From Centroscyllium fabricii (lineage: Eukaryota), in assembly GCA_051313645.2 (NCBI GenBank), contig JBNRSN020000005.1, positions 257,610,001 to 257,674,000 on the forward strand: a stretch of DNA of 64,000 nt, written 5' to 3'. The notes below the pieces were generated by a model, which was not told the DNA's origin, made no database searches, and worked only from the letters and a program-made list of their open reading frames with translations. Of the stretch, positions 1 to 11,994 are shown in pieces. Position 1 is the first letter of the stretch, and every line of letters starts with the position of its first letter. Made by a program: the position numbers and the translations under genes.

Positions 1-610
1 TTAAAGGCCCTTAATTGGCATGTTTAATGCCATTTTAAGGGCCCTTCCCAATTTTCATCCCATTCCCACCCTAACCGCACCAGCCTAAAACACCGCTGGG
101 TGAAACCCAGCGGGAGCACTGCGCTGTTCATTGCTTTCTCCTTCAAGGTGTTGAAGGACATACAGCAAAATGCTTCGCAGGCCTCCAGCACCTTAGAGGA
201 GTAAGTCACTCCTTGGTGGGTGCACCAGCTGTGGGCAAAAACTGAGAAATCTCAGCTTTGCACATTTCCACAGCCGGTGCCGAGCTGTCAAGGATTCGGA
301 GCCCGCCCGCCCACCTGTCAGTCACCAGCACTTGACCTTTCCCATTGGTTCCACTCGACTGTGATGTCACAGTGGAGTGTTTCCATGGGAACTGTCAACA
401 ACCAGTGCTGGAACTGTCAATCAAACTGCTCGATCCCCGCTGGAGCCCCGACTCGATTGAGTTAACTACCACCGGCTGCCGCAGGCGGGGCTTTAATTAC
501 TCAATTAAATGAAAATTGCGTGGGGTTTCCAGGTCTTTGGCCGAGCGGGACAGGAACCCGCCCAGACCAATCCACACCAGGTTCCCGCACTTCCGGCAAA
601 ATCCCCCCCA
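1..610 (-). mobile_element. Non-autonomous DNA transposon (Harbinger/MITE-like), truncated by window start
   Basis: Near-identical inverted copy at ~30326-30920; ends in a C-run like other Harbinger-type termini here; non-coding. Confidence 0.65.
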
Positions 611-1332
611 GGGTCTCACAAACATCACGGAGATAATGACCAGATAATCTCTCTTTTTTTTTTAAAGTGATGTTGGTTGAGGGATAAATATCAGCCAGGA
701 CACCAGGGAGAACTCCCCTGCTCCTCTTCAAAATGGAGCCATGGGATCCTTTACGTCCACCAGAGAGGGCAGACGGGGCTTTGGTTTAGACATAGACACA
801 TAGAAACATAGAAGATAGGAGCAGGAGCAGGCCATTCGGCCCCTCGAGCCTGCTCCGCCATTCAACGAGATCATGGCTGATCATCCAAACCCAGTACCCC
901 GCCCCTGCCCTCTCCCCATATCCCTATCGAGCCTGCACCGACACATATCCCACCCTATCCCCGTAACCCCACATATTCAATCCCCCTAACACTAAGGGTC
1001 AATTTATCATGGCCAATCAACCTAACCCGCGCATCTTTGGACTGTGGGAGGAAACCGCAGCACCCGGAGGAAACCCACGCAGACACGGGGAGAATGTACA
1101 AACTCCACACAGATAGTACCCGAGGCTGGATTTGAACCCGGGTCTCCAGTGCTGTGAGGCAACAGTGCTAACCATTCTGCCACCGTGCCGCCCTTAACGT
1201 CTCACCTGAAAGACGACACCCTCAGTACTGCACTGAAGTGTCAGCCTGGATTATGAGCTCAAGTTGCTGGAGTGGGACTTGAACCCACGACCTTCTGACT
1301 CAGCCGAATGTGCTACAAACTGAGCCACAGCT
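611..1332 (-). mobile_element. SacSINE1/DeuSINE-type tRNA-derived SINE, interrupted by an HE1 SINE
   Basis: Deu-domain text (ccatgggatcctttacgtccacc, gggataaatat..ccaggacacc) and B-box (ttgaaccc); sibling copies at ~12000, ~47465, ~57680. Confidence 0.8.
789..1193 (-). mobile_element. HE1-type V-SINE (tRNA head, V-domain, CR1/HER1 3' tail)
   Basis: V-domain actgtgggaggaaacc..cacccggaggaaacccacgcagacacggggagaatg; catagaaa tail; five near-identical copies in window. Confidence 0.9.
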
Positions 1333-2260
1333 TACGATAAGTAAAGAATAAATTTGCAATGAAGGTTGAATGCAGAAAGGGTCTGGAATTCATTACATAA
1401 ATAAAGCGTAGATTATGTTGGACTTGTCAGTTGTACATTGAAGCTGCAGTGCCTCATATTTGATCCAAAATTCATTTTTCCACACACTTAGCTGGGAACT
1501 GAGGCGTCTTACCTGTTAAAAATAGCCTTGAAATTGCGGTCGGTGGCGTAGCTATGGAGTACACGACCGACCTCCGAACGGAATCTGCACTTCCCTCGTG
1601 CGAGGCCCCAAATGAAAAGTTGCTGTCAGACACTGCAGAGTTGTGCGCGGCCTAGTGCATCACGGATTCCAGGGGCGCATCGTGTGCATAAGCGTACCTG
1701 CGATCACATGGGGTGGTGTGCAGGAAACAGAAATCTCTGATGCCCGATATCAATCAAATTTTAAATTCACACATTACACCATTTATCTAACTCATGGGCT
1801 AACAGTGGTAGTCCATGATAATCAAGTGAACATGGCCTGCTTATCCCTGGTTAAGCTCAGCGCCGCATCACCCACAATATGGAAATGCAGTGATTTTTTT
1901 CCCAATCTTCAATTAAAAGCACTGAAACGATAAGCCAGCTTAATTTAACTTAAATCTTGCCGTTCTGAGAAAGTTGATCATGACGTGCAGTCAAACCCAT
2001 TCACTGAACTTCATTGCCCTGATGTGCTGTAAAACATGCCATTTCAGCAAAGTATGTGGTAAAATAAACACGGATTCCTTTTCGAGCACTCAAGCTGCTG
2101 TTTTGATGCTTCACCCATATCCCCCCACCACCGCCCCCCCATTACGCTGTGCAAACAGGCTCCTGCGTCTGTTTGCACCAGCCGTAAAATTTTCCTGCAT
2201 TAATTGCTGGGCAGTTGGGGGGCAATTAGCCCATCTCTGCGCCAGCAAGGAGGATAATAC

Positions 2261-2548
2261 TGTAGCATAGCCACTAGGGGGAGACACTCTGGTCCCCCCA
2301 GGACATTATAATCCCCATTCCAGAGTTGGTCCCGCCCCTGTTTCCCCATTGGGTGGTTGGATCAACAGTTCCGGTCCCTGATTGGCCCTGCGGGCTGTCA
2401 GTCAAAAACCCCATGATGCTTTGCGGTTTCGCGCCTTTTGTGAGTTAGTCGTGTTTGGATTGAAACCACTAAAGACCTGTTAAAGCTTGCTCCACGATCT
2501 TTTGACGTTTTATTGATTTTAAAGTGTGGGGAACGGCCGTTCCCTACA
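2261..2548 (+). mobile_element. Solo LTR (288 bp)
   Basis: TGTAG...CTACA termini; perfect 4-bp TSD ATAC (2257-2260 / 2549-2552); strand tentative. Confidence 0.8.
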
Positions 2549-3073
2549 ATACAGTTGCAGCGGATGATCTGTCAAGTCGTAACCTAACAGATCGCAGGTT
2601 CAGGATTTAGCGCATGCGCATCCCGAACTTGTCAATTTCAAAGGCGGTATAACGGCTCCGACCAACCGCAAATTCTACGCCAACCTCCATCTAACTTCAG
2701 GCTAGTGTACTTGCGCTGCCAAACTTGTCTCCAATTTTCAGCCACCCAGTGGTAGTAAACAAGTGTTTCAATTGGTTCCTGAAACTGCACCGGGTTTCAA
2801 AAGGGTGGACAACTGAGAAGCCTATGCTTTGGAGCAGAAAGGGACTGAAATTCCTGGCTTTCATTTTAGCAGCAGAGTGGAGGGATGGCGGTGGAATGAG
2901 CTAACGGACTGTTTGTTTGCTCCCATCAGTTCTGGCACTCCAAAACTGGATGAACACTAGCAACAAGAGTCCACTTTCCTTATAAAGATCATTAACAATT
3001 AACTTCTGTAGCATTATGCAGCTGCAGTCAAATCAAAAGGTGAGCATTTTACTCATAGGCAGAGCCAACGTTA

Positions 3074-3358
3074 TTAATAATAATAATAATAATTCAACTT
3101 TATTGTCATTATACAATGTACAAGTACATGAACAACGAAATGTGATCCTGCAAGCTCCCAAGAGTCCAGCAAAGCCGCTGCGTCTGTGCGCGCCGCCATT
3201 CCATCTTTCCATCATTCCGACAATCTTCAGCCAACCGCCCCTCCCCGGGGCTCCTTTCGTGACCTTCTGCACCTGGCACTCCCTGGTGGTCACCCATCCA
3301 AGTACTAACCAGGCCTGGCTCTGCTTAGCTTCCAAGCCTTGCCAGTGGCCCTGTCCCT
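3074..3358 (-). mobile_element. 5S rRNA-derived SINE (SINE3-type) with Rex1/Babar-like 3' tail
   Basis: Reverse strand ggaagctaagcagagccaggcctggttagtacttggatgggtgaccaccagggag matches the 5S internal control region (box A/IE/box C); tail atttcgttg...tgacaataaagttgaa(tta)n. Confidence 0.75.
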
Positions 3359-3383
3359 AGTCATGAACAATGGTAATGACATT

Positions 3384-4133
3384 GGGCCAGAAATTAGGGT
3401 TGGAATCTTGCCATGAGTGCAAGCCTCCAAAGTGCACTCACTGAGCGCACCTGCCGTTCTGGATTTAACTCACCTGAAATCCCGATCCTCTGGCCTGCTG
3501 AAAGCCCGCCGCGCCGCGCTGGTTCAACTGAAGGGCGAAAATAGTGCGAGGCCTCCCACGGAATCACGTGGTCCGCGGGGAGCCAATCAGAGCAAAGAAT
3601 GCTCCATTCATAAGTTTGACAGAAACTTATGAAATACTAGAGCCCCAAAACCACACTAAACCTTAAAATATTTTTTTTTAAACCATCACATTTTTTTAAA
3701 GTACTATCACATAAATTAGCTATTTTAAACAAAAATTACAAATTTTGAAAAAATATTTTAAGTTTTTAACGGGCCTAAAAATCAACATACCTGTCTTTAA
3801 AGTTTTTTAAAATGAAAAAACTGTGGGAAAAAATGCTTAAATTGAATAAAATAAAGACTTACCTGATGAAATCCACTCTTTGTGCTTGAAAATAGGAACC
3901 GCAAATATTTCCAATACTTAACCTGAAAAAAATGTGGGAAAAAAATCGGAAGGTCACTGCGCACCTCCTACTGCGCAGGCCAACGCGCTGTGGCTCCTGA
4001 CCCCTCCAGGCCCTGGATCGGAAGTGCCAGTTCTGCGCGCATGCGCGGTGTATGCCAACAACCTTCACTTCGGATGGCCGCACGCGTGAGTACACTGTCC
4101 GTACTCACGCGTTGCGGGCCTAATTTCTGTCCC
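3384..4133. mobile_element. Harbinger-type non-autonomous element (MITE)
   Basis: TIRs GGGCCAGAAATTAGG / CCTAATTTCTGTCCC (14/15), 3-bp TSD ATT on both sides. Confidence 0.8.
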
Positions 4134-4656
4134 ATTGAAAATATGACCCGCTGTTCATATTCAGAGATAACTTAGGGTAACTCGCCACCTGTTACGACCA
4201 AGAACCGATGATTACTTATGGTCACTTGAGAGAAAGCAACAACTTGCATTTATAACAAGTATTTATATAGTACCTTTTAACGTAGTAAAACGTCCCAAGG
4301 TGCTTCACAGGAGTATTAAAAGACAAAAAATGACACCAACTTGCATTTATAGCATCTTCAATGTAAAACAAACATCCCAAGGCGCTTCAGAGGCTGTGGT
4401 AATCATGTATATAACCACTGTATATAGTTGCTGGCTACCTGTGTAATACTGTAGGCTAGGACAGCCACACCCCTAACTCCTCCCCTCAGGTCAGAGTATA
4501 TAGGTGAGTGCTGACCTGCCCCCACTCATTCTTCACCTTGACCTCATCAGGAGACCAGCTTCATTCTTAGTTAATAAAAGCCTGTAGTTTAGGTAACTAC
4601 TCGTCTTTGTGTGATTAATTGACGATACGTCAATTTTGTTAACTAAATTTTTAAAC

Positions 4657-5901
4657 ATGGAGAGCAATGCAGTGAAACCAGATCGCCTCGATGTCAATCC
4701 TCAAGCGCCGGAAGCTGCTAATGACTTTGAACACTGGTTTGGCCTGGTCGAGGCCTACATGAAGGCCATAAAGGCAACGAGTGAGGAGGACAAACTCCAG
4801 GTACTCTCATCACGGATCAGCGGCCGGGTGTACTCCTTTATCCGCGGCCTCAAGACTTACGAGGAAGCGGTCAAGAAACTAAAGGACAGCTTCATGTGCC
4901 CGGTCCACTCGGTCTACGCCAGGCATGTACTGGCGACCAGAAGACAACGACTCGGTGAGTCTAATGGACAATTACTGCTAGCGCTCCAAGCCCTCGTACG
5001 GGCCTGCGACTGCAAGGCAAGGATAGCGGAGGAAGATTCAAAACTTCTAGTCCGCGATATCTACGTTGCAGGACTCAGATCCAGCCAGGCCCGCCAGCGG
5101 CTGCTGCAGCAGGAGACACTGTCGCCCGAGTCCGCTGTAACTCTTTCAAATGCAGTGGATGGGGCACATAAGAAGATGGACGCATACAGGAATCACGACT
5201 TCCACGCAAGTACACCTGACCCTTGGGCGACACAGAGACGGGCTGAGGCCCCCACGGCGGCTGCGAAGGTGCCGGCGGGGCACAGATGCTACTTCTGCGG
5301 CCAAGGAAAGCACCCGCGGGCGCAGTGCCCCGCAAAGAATACGACCTGCGCGCGGTGCGTGAAGAAGGGGCACTACGCTAAGGCGTGCAAATCCAGCCCG
5401 GCCTCCACCTCCAGACCCAACAGCGCGGCCTGTGGGAGCAGCGATGCCACTCCGTGGCTACAGGTACGGTGTTGCAGCGCGACCCAGCAGCGGTCAGCCG
5501 GGGGTAAATCGCGGGCGCCTCCATCGCTTTTAAATGTACTGCGGAGGCCGGCCGCACGCGCGGCACAGGCGCCGCCATCCCAAACGCGACTGCGACCGGC
5601 CATGTGTGACCCCCCCCGGCGTCGCCATCTTGCACACAGCGGGCGGCCAGGTGCGAACCACGGGCGCCGCCATCTTGTCCACAGCGGTCAGCCGCGTGCG
5701 AACCACAGGCGCCGCCATCTTGTCCACAGCGGCCAGCCGCGTGCGAACCACGGGCGCCGTCATCTTGTCCACAGCAGTCGGCCGCGTGCGAACCACGGGC
5801 GCCGCCATCTTGTCCACAGCAGCCGGACACGTGCGGATCGCCAGTGCCGCCATCTTCTGAGCGGCCATCTTGCCAACCGCCCCGGCCGGGGCCCCAGCTA
5901 G
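4657..5901 (+). pseudogene. gag: gag with two Zn knuckles and a repeat-expanded linker
   Basis: MESNAVKPDRL...; CYFCGQGKHPRAQC and CARCVKKGHYAKAC. Confidence 0.85.
5620..5872 (+). repeat. 45-bp tandem repeat x~6, each with a YY1-like GCCATCTT motif
   Basis: catct at 5626, 5671, 5716, 5761, 5806, 5851 (period 45). Confidence 0.9.
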
Positions 5902-5969
5902 CGGAGGGCCCCCACACATACACGTACACTTCGGCCTGAGCCACCGCCGATCAGGCTAGGCCGCACACC

Positions 5970-8900
5970 TTGTCCAACTCCATGATGGGGATAAAGGTGG
6001 ACGGGCACGTCACCAACTGCCTGTTCGACACCGGTAGCACAGAGAGCTCAATACACCCCGACACAGTGCGGCGCTATGCACTACAGACTCAGCCCACGCA
6101 CTACCAAATCTCCCTTGCCTCAAAGTCCCACACGGCGGACATCACCGGCTACTGCAACGTCACGCTCACGATCAGAGACCGCATTTACCGCAACTTTAAG
6201 TTGTACGTACTCCAACAGCTGTGCGCCCCAGTATTGCTGGGACTGGATTTCCAGTGTCACCTGAAGAGCATGACGAAGGATTTCGGAGGAACCCTGGCCC
6301 CCCTCACCGTCAGTAGCCGGGACAATCCCAACTTAACGTGGAGCTCGTCTTGCGGCCTGTCCACATGAAAAGTCGACCCCCCCCCTCACTGTTCGCCAAT
6401 CTCGACCCCAAATGCAAGCCCATTGCTACCAAAAGTCGGCATTACAATGCAGGGGACCGGGCGTTTATCAGGTCGGAGGTCGAGCGCATGCTGAAAGAAG
6501 GGATCATTGAGGCCAGCACCAGCCCCTGGCGGGCCCAGGTCGTGGTGGTTAAGACAGGCGAGAAACTGCGCATGGTCATTGACTATAGCCAGACGATTAA
6601 CCGCTACACCGGGCTCGACGCCTACCCCCTCCCCCGCATCTCGGATATGGTGAAACAGATCGCCCAGTACAAGGTCTTTTCCACAATCGACCTCAAGTCA
6701 GCGTATCACCAACTCCCCATTCGGAACTCCGACCGCCGGTACACCGCCTTCGAGGTGAACGGCAGGCACTACCACTTCCTCCGGGTCCCCTTCGCTGTGA
6801 CCAATGGGGTGTCGGTGTTCCAGAGGGAGATGGACCGCATAGTTGACCAGAACGGGTTGCAGGCCACTTTCCCCTACCTGGACAACGTGACCATCTGCGG
6901 CCATGTCCAGCAGGACCATGATGCCAACCTTGCCAAATTCCCGCACACGGCGAAACGGCTGGACCTAACATACAATAAAGACAAGTGTGTCTTTAGTACG
7001 GACCGGCTCGCTATCCTCGGATACATGGTGGAAAACGGGGTCCTCGGCCCTGTAGAAGTGTAGTTTCATATAAGAAGTTTTATAGATATATTATTATAGT
7101 AGTTTTAAAGTTTTAAAATACATGTCAATTCTCTAACTAAACTAAAATGGAGTCTGCCATCTCAGCAGTTAAACTGACCTTGCTTGGAAAATAGAATTAT
7201 ACTAAAAATACAGACAGGCCCAAACATTTGACTATGGCAAGAGAAAGAAGATAATTCGATTTGCTTTTAGGCAAAACAATACCCTCAAGAAGATTAGAGT
7301 AAGGATAATATAACTATAAGAATTACAGTTAATCTCTTCTATTTGGTCATCTGTAGAACCAAAGGTTAGCTTAGAATAATAAGGCCCTGCTAGATTTTGT
7401 TTAGTCATCAGTGTATAACCTTAAACTTTAAGAACATCTCTTACGCATTTCTATGTCTGCATTTACTTTCAATAATAAGTTGTGTCTCTGTACCGTGTCA
7501 CATGACAGAAAATTCTTCTTTTTGTTTTGATTTTTGTGTATAAAAATACCGACTTTTGACCATGAAGTCGGAGCAGTATAACGAAGCCGTTGCCTTCGTA
7601 GCTCCCTTTGCTAGCAAACTATCAGTTAATAAAATTTTACCTTTGACGATAAGAGTTTCACAGAGTCTTTACTTTTTGAATGGTCGAGACTTCGACAGTT
7701 TCGATCCACAGCGTATGCGCCCCTTGCAAGAGCTGCCCTTACCTCACATCCCCAAAGCCCTGAGGAGATGTCTAGGGTTCTTTTCTTATTACGCACAATG
7801 GGTCCCCCAGTACGCGGATAAGGCCAGACCTCTCCTCAAGGCCGACGTCTTCCCCCTCTCGGCAGAGACCCAAACGGCATTCGCTCGGATCAAGAAAGAC
7901 ATCATCAAGGCGACCATGCACGCCGTTGATGAGTCCATCCCCTTTCAGGTGGAGAGTGACGCTTTGGACTTCGCCCTTGCCGCCACCCTGAACCAGGCAG
8001 GCAGGCCCATAGCGTTCTTCTCCCGGACCCTACAGGGACCCGAAACTCGCCACTCAGCAGTGGAAAAGGAGGTCCAGGCCATCGTGGAGGCAGTGCGCTA
8101 CTGGCGTCATTACCTGGCCGGTAAGCGTTTTACCCTGCTCACCGACCAACGGTCGGTGGCGTTTATGTTTAACAATAAACAACGGGGTAAAATCAAGAAT
8201 GATAAGATCCTTCGGTGGTGGATCAAACTCTCGACTTACGAGTATGACATTCTTTACCGACCAGACAAACTTAATGAACCCCCGGAGGCACTGTCCAGGG
8301 GAACGTGCGCCAGCGCCCAGCTTGACCAGCTGAAGGCCCTCCACGATCGCCTCTGCCACCCGGGTGTCACCAGACTCGCCCACTTCGTCAAATCCCGTAG
8401 CCTCCCCTACTGCATCACGGAGATTAAGGCTATGACCAAAGAGTGCCCTGTCTGTGCCGAGTGCAAACCCCAATTCTACAGGCCAGACAGGGCGCACGTC
8501 ATCAAGGCCACCCGCCCCTTTGTATGCCTGAGCGTGGACTTCAAAGGCCCCCTCCCCTCCACTGACCGCAACTCGTATTTCCTTATGGTCATAGACGAGT
8601 TCTCATGCTTCCCCTTTGCCTTCCCCTGCCCAGATATGATGAGCGCAACGGTGATCAAACACTTCACCACGCTGTTCGCCATTTTCGGCCTCCCCAGCTA
8701 CATCCATAGCGACCGGGGCTCGTCGTTCATGAGCGACGAACTGCGTCAGTTCCTGCTTCAGAAAGGGGTTGCCTCAAGCAGGACGACCAGTTACAACCCC
8801 CGGGGGAACGGCCAGGTAGATAGGGAGAACGGGACCATCTGGAAGGCGATCAACCTGGGCCTGAAGTCCAGAGGCCTTCCAGTCTCCCGTTGGCAGGAGG

Positions 8901-9430
8901 TCCTCCCAGACGCGCTCCATGCCATCCGCTCTCTGTTGTGTACCGCCACACCTCATGACCTGTTGTTTTCCTTTCCTCGGAAGTCAACTTCGGGGACAGC
9001 ACTCCCGCTGTGGCCGACAGCGCAGGGGCCAGTATTGCTTAGAAAGCACGTCCGCGGCCACAAGAGCGATCTCCTGGTGGAACGGGTGCACCTGCTCCAC
9101 GCTAACCTGCACTATGCTTACGTGGCATACCCGGACGGGCGCGAGGATACGGTCTCAATCAGGGATCTGGCGCCCACCGGGAGCACAATGGCAGAACTCC
9201 TGGTCGAGCCTCAGCTCGACCAGCCACCACCCACCGAATTCTGGCCCCCATATACACACACACCGGGGCCCTCAACACCACCGATCGACGACCCGGGATC
9301 GGACGCCGCACCGCTAGCACCGTTGACGGAGAGCACGACCCCGGCCATGCAACCGGCACCACCATCACCGGCACCCCGGCGGTCCTTCAGGCAGACGCGA
9401 CTGCCGGAGAGACTGATAACCAAATGTTAA
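5970..9430 (+). pseudogene. pol: pol (PR, RT, RNase H, IN), frameshifted and split by an inserted LTR
   Basis: CLFDTGS; YPLPRI..IDLKSAYHQL..YLDN; VESDA..YSAVEKE-like RH; HPG..CPVCAEC; DFKGP..SDRG..GNGQVDR. Confidence 0.9.
7051..7701 (+). mobile_element. AT-rich solo LTR (ERV-like) inserted in RT without a TSD
   Basis: TGTAGAAGT...ACTTCGACA (ends 7697) plus GTTT; TATAAAAA ~7538, AATAAA ~7628; host GP|DP codons rejoin exactly. Confidence 0.75.
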
Positions 9431-10914
9431 AAGACTACGCTTATGTAAATTTTCACTCCAAGGCATGTTCACCCTGCCGGACTTGTTTTTAAAGAAGGGG
9501 TGAATGTGGTGATCATGTATATAACCACTGTATATAGTTGCTGGCTACCTGTGTAATACTGTAGGCTTGGACAGCCACTACCCTGACTCCTCCCCTCAGG
9601 TCAGAGTATATAGGTGAGTGCTGACCTGCCCCCACTCATTCTTCACCTTGACCTCATCAGGAGACCAGCTCCATTCTTAGTTAATAAAAGCCTGTAGTTT
9701 AGGTAACTACTCGTCTTTGTGGGATTAATTGACGATACATCAGAAGCGTAATCAGACAAAAATGGATGTCAAGACATAGGAGATATTGGGAGGGTTGACC
9801 AAATGCTTGGTTAAATAGGTCAGTTTTGAGGATTGCCTTAAAAGGAGATGGCAGCAGAAGGGTTTAGAGAGGGAATTCCAGAGAGTGGGGCCTAGGCGGT
9901 TGAAGGTATGACTGCCAATGGTGCGGAGGGACGCACAAGAGGCCAGAGGAATGGAGAGTTCAGAGAGGAGGCTGTCGAGCTTTCAGCAGTGGTCAAATAT
10001 GTGCCAACCAAGAAAACTAGCAAAAGCTGATCAAACAACACTTCAACGAAGCCGACAACTGATTATGAGCCTATGACGTGTGAAAACAAATAGTTACAGG
10101 GGCTTTGTAACTTAAGCTGTCGGTAAAATCCAACATTCCTTCAAGGAAAATAACATAAGGATTGACAGCATGAAGGAGAAATATAAATGTTAAAGCCCCA
10201 AGAGCATGCGTTCAAATTGATAGATTCTGGATCACTAAGCACATTTATACTTCACAATTAATATTTAAAATCTTTTTTGAAAAAAAATGGTGACATTTGT
10301 ATTTTCAACAGACCAACCTCATTTCCCCAAAAGTTTCCTCAACATTCACCGTCCCACTGGCAGTTGCGTGAGGCTGGTTTAAGCGAGGGAAACAACAGTT
10401 TGCCTCACTCTCTCTCTCTCCCCTCCCCCACCCCACAATGAATCCAGTGGCAAGGCGAGGTTGAAATATCTGGAGATGGGGAGGGCTGCAATGGGTGGCC
10501 TGCAGTATCTGATGCCCCCATACCAAAGGCCTGCGCTGTTCACAAAGCCTTGCTACCATGCCTTCATTAGCTGGAGAAGTTAGCATATCTCCCCATTCTG
10601 CCTAATTCACCACTGCAGTCCCCATGAAACTGTCCCAAGCACAGCCTGTACATCTTCCCTGCAGCTTTACATTACAATTTCCCCATGCAGTGAATTGCCA
10701 CTCAGTCCAGAGGTAAATTAAACATTCTGGGCTATTCCAGTACATATTCTTTTTTTACAATCTTGACTTATTTACAAATCACTGCAGTTCAAATTACAAC
10801 AGATGACAGCTCGCTCACTGCCTCCCTGGTGAATCTTAGCAGGTGCAGATCAGACATCTCAGACACTCCCAAATAATAGGTGTGCCTTGTCCTGTCATTG
10901 CAGATTATCTTTAC

Positions 10915-11240
10915 TCCATCTTTGATTGCCATGCTTGCGGCCCCAAGCTCTGGAATTTCCTCCCTACACCTTCTCCGCCTCTCTACCTCACTTTCTTCCT
11001 TTAAGATGCTCCTTAAAACTTTCCTTTGACCAAGCGTTTGGCCAACTGTCCTAATAATGAATACAAAAGCAAAAAATACTGCAGCTTCCGGAAATGTGAA
11101 ACAAAAACTCAGGTGGCCAGGCAGCATCTGTGGAGAGAGAAATATTTTTGTCCCAATATCTCTTGTGGCTGTGTCAAATTTTGTTTTATAATGCTCCTGT
11201 GAAGCACCTTGGGATGATACTATATAAGTGCAAGTTGTTG
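10915..11240 (+). mobile_element. L2 LINE 3' tail with an embedded Penelope-end fragment (11059-11140, minus)
   Basis: ggccccaagctctggaatttcctccct..cctttaagatgctccttaaaac..gtgaagcaccttggga..tatataagtgcaagttgttg. Confidence 0.65.
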
Positions 11241-11994
11241 TAACCGTAACAGCAATGGGTAACAACAGTTGTTGGTAGTTTGCCTCTCTAAGCACACCGA
11301 CCTCCCTTCACTTCTAAGAAAGCCCAAAGCAGAGACAAGCACTATTCAATACCCACGTTAGCCATTTTTGTTGTAGCAACCCAAAATACCCCAGTTTCCC
11401 TTTCAGAAGTCATTTCTTGGACCAGTCCTGAGCATCATTAACCTTTGATGCCACAGTCTACACACACTGCGCAATTCTTTTTGCAAAGAACAAGATTTCA
11501 TTCCCAACCCTTTTCCATCTGATTAACAACAAATTGAATATGAAACTCGTGCACATTCTGTTTACACTCTGTCCAAAATGGCTGGCTGGAGATGGTTAAA
11601 AATGCATCCTCGTGTCCTTTCAGGTCTTGGAGGTCAGCCAAGTGAGCTGTACTGCACTGCATTGCCACTGATGGTTGAATGGTCCTGGTGTCTTTTCATT
11701 TGAGTCAGTGTTTATAGGATGATTCAGAGTCAAATTAGCCATCACATAAAAAGCTACAGCTGCAAATATAAACCCTGATCTATTTTCCCCACACTGCTAA
11801 ATGCAGATTAAAGCTCGTTCTACTCTGTCCCAAGAATCTGTTTCAATTCAAACCTCAAGCACTCCCTATTGTACGTGGGATATTTCCACTTCCTCAAAGA
11901 GGTCCCACCTGTTTTTCCCCGATGGTTTGGGTGGGCATTAAAAATTCTTAAATATTCTGGCCAACATCCCTTCCTCTGTTCCTCAAAACCATAG

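Larger units (their letters stand above)
4395..9742 (+). mobile_element. Mag-like Ty3/gypsy LTR retrotransposon 1 (full length, frameshifted)
   Basis: 238-bp LTRs 4395-4632 and 9505-9742 (TG..CA); TSD GAGGC/GAAGC; PPT aaagaaggggtg; order gag-PR-RT-RH-IN. Confidence 0.95.
4235..9960 (-). mobile_element. L2/DeuSINE-type 3' tail fragments (4235-4394, 9743-9960) hosting Mag-like element 1
   Basis: caacttgcatttata..cccaaggcgcttca tail text continues across the LTR element. Confidence 0.6.

Noticed and set aside
1523-2681. Degenerate MITE around the 2261 solo LTR
   Set aside because: TIR similarity is weak and no TSD could be identified.
4082-4112. 12-bp stem hairpin as a terminator or ncRNA
   Set aside because: Subterminal palindrome of a Harbinger MITE; no independent support.
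7556-9430. LTR-driven 624-aa RH-IN fusion as a domesticated gene
   Set aside because: The ATG (7562) is only ~20 nt after the TATA, so probably upstream of the TSS; the IN catalytic Glu reads Asp (GQVDRE) and other lesions indicate decay.
11365-11520. Possible minus-strand host exon
   Set aside because: Stops in all three frames between the candidate splice sites.
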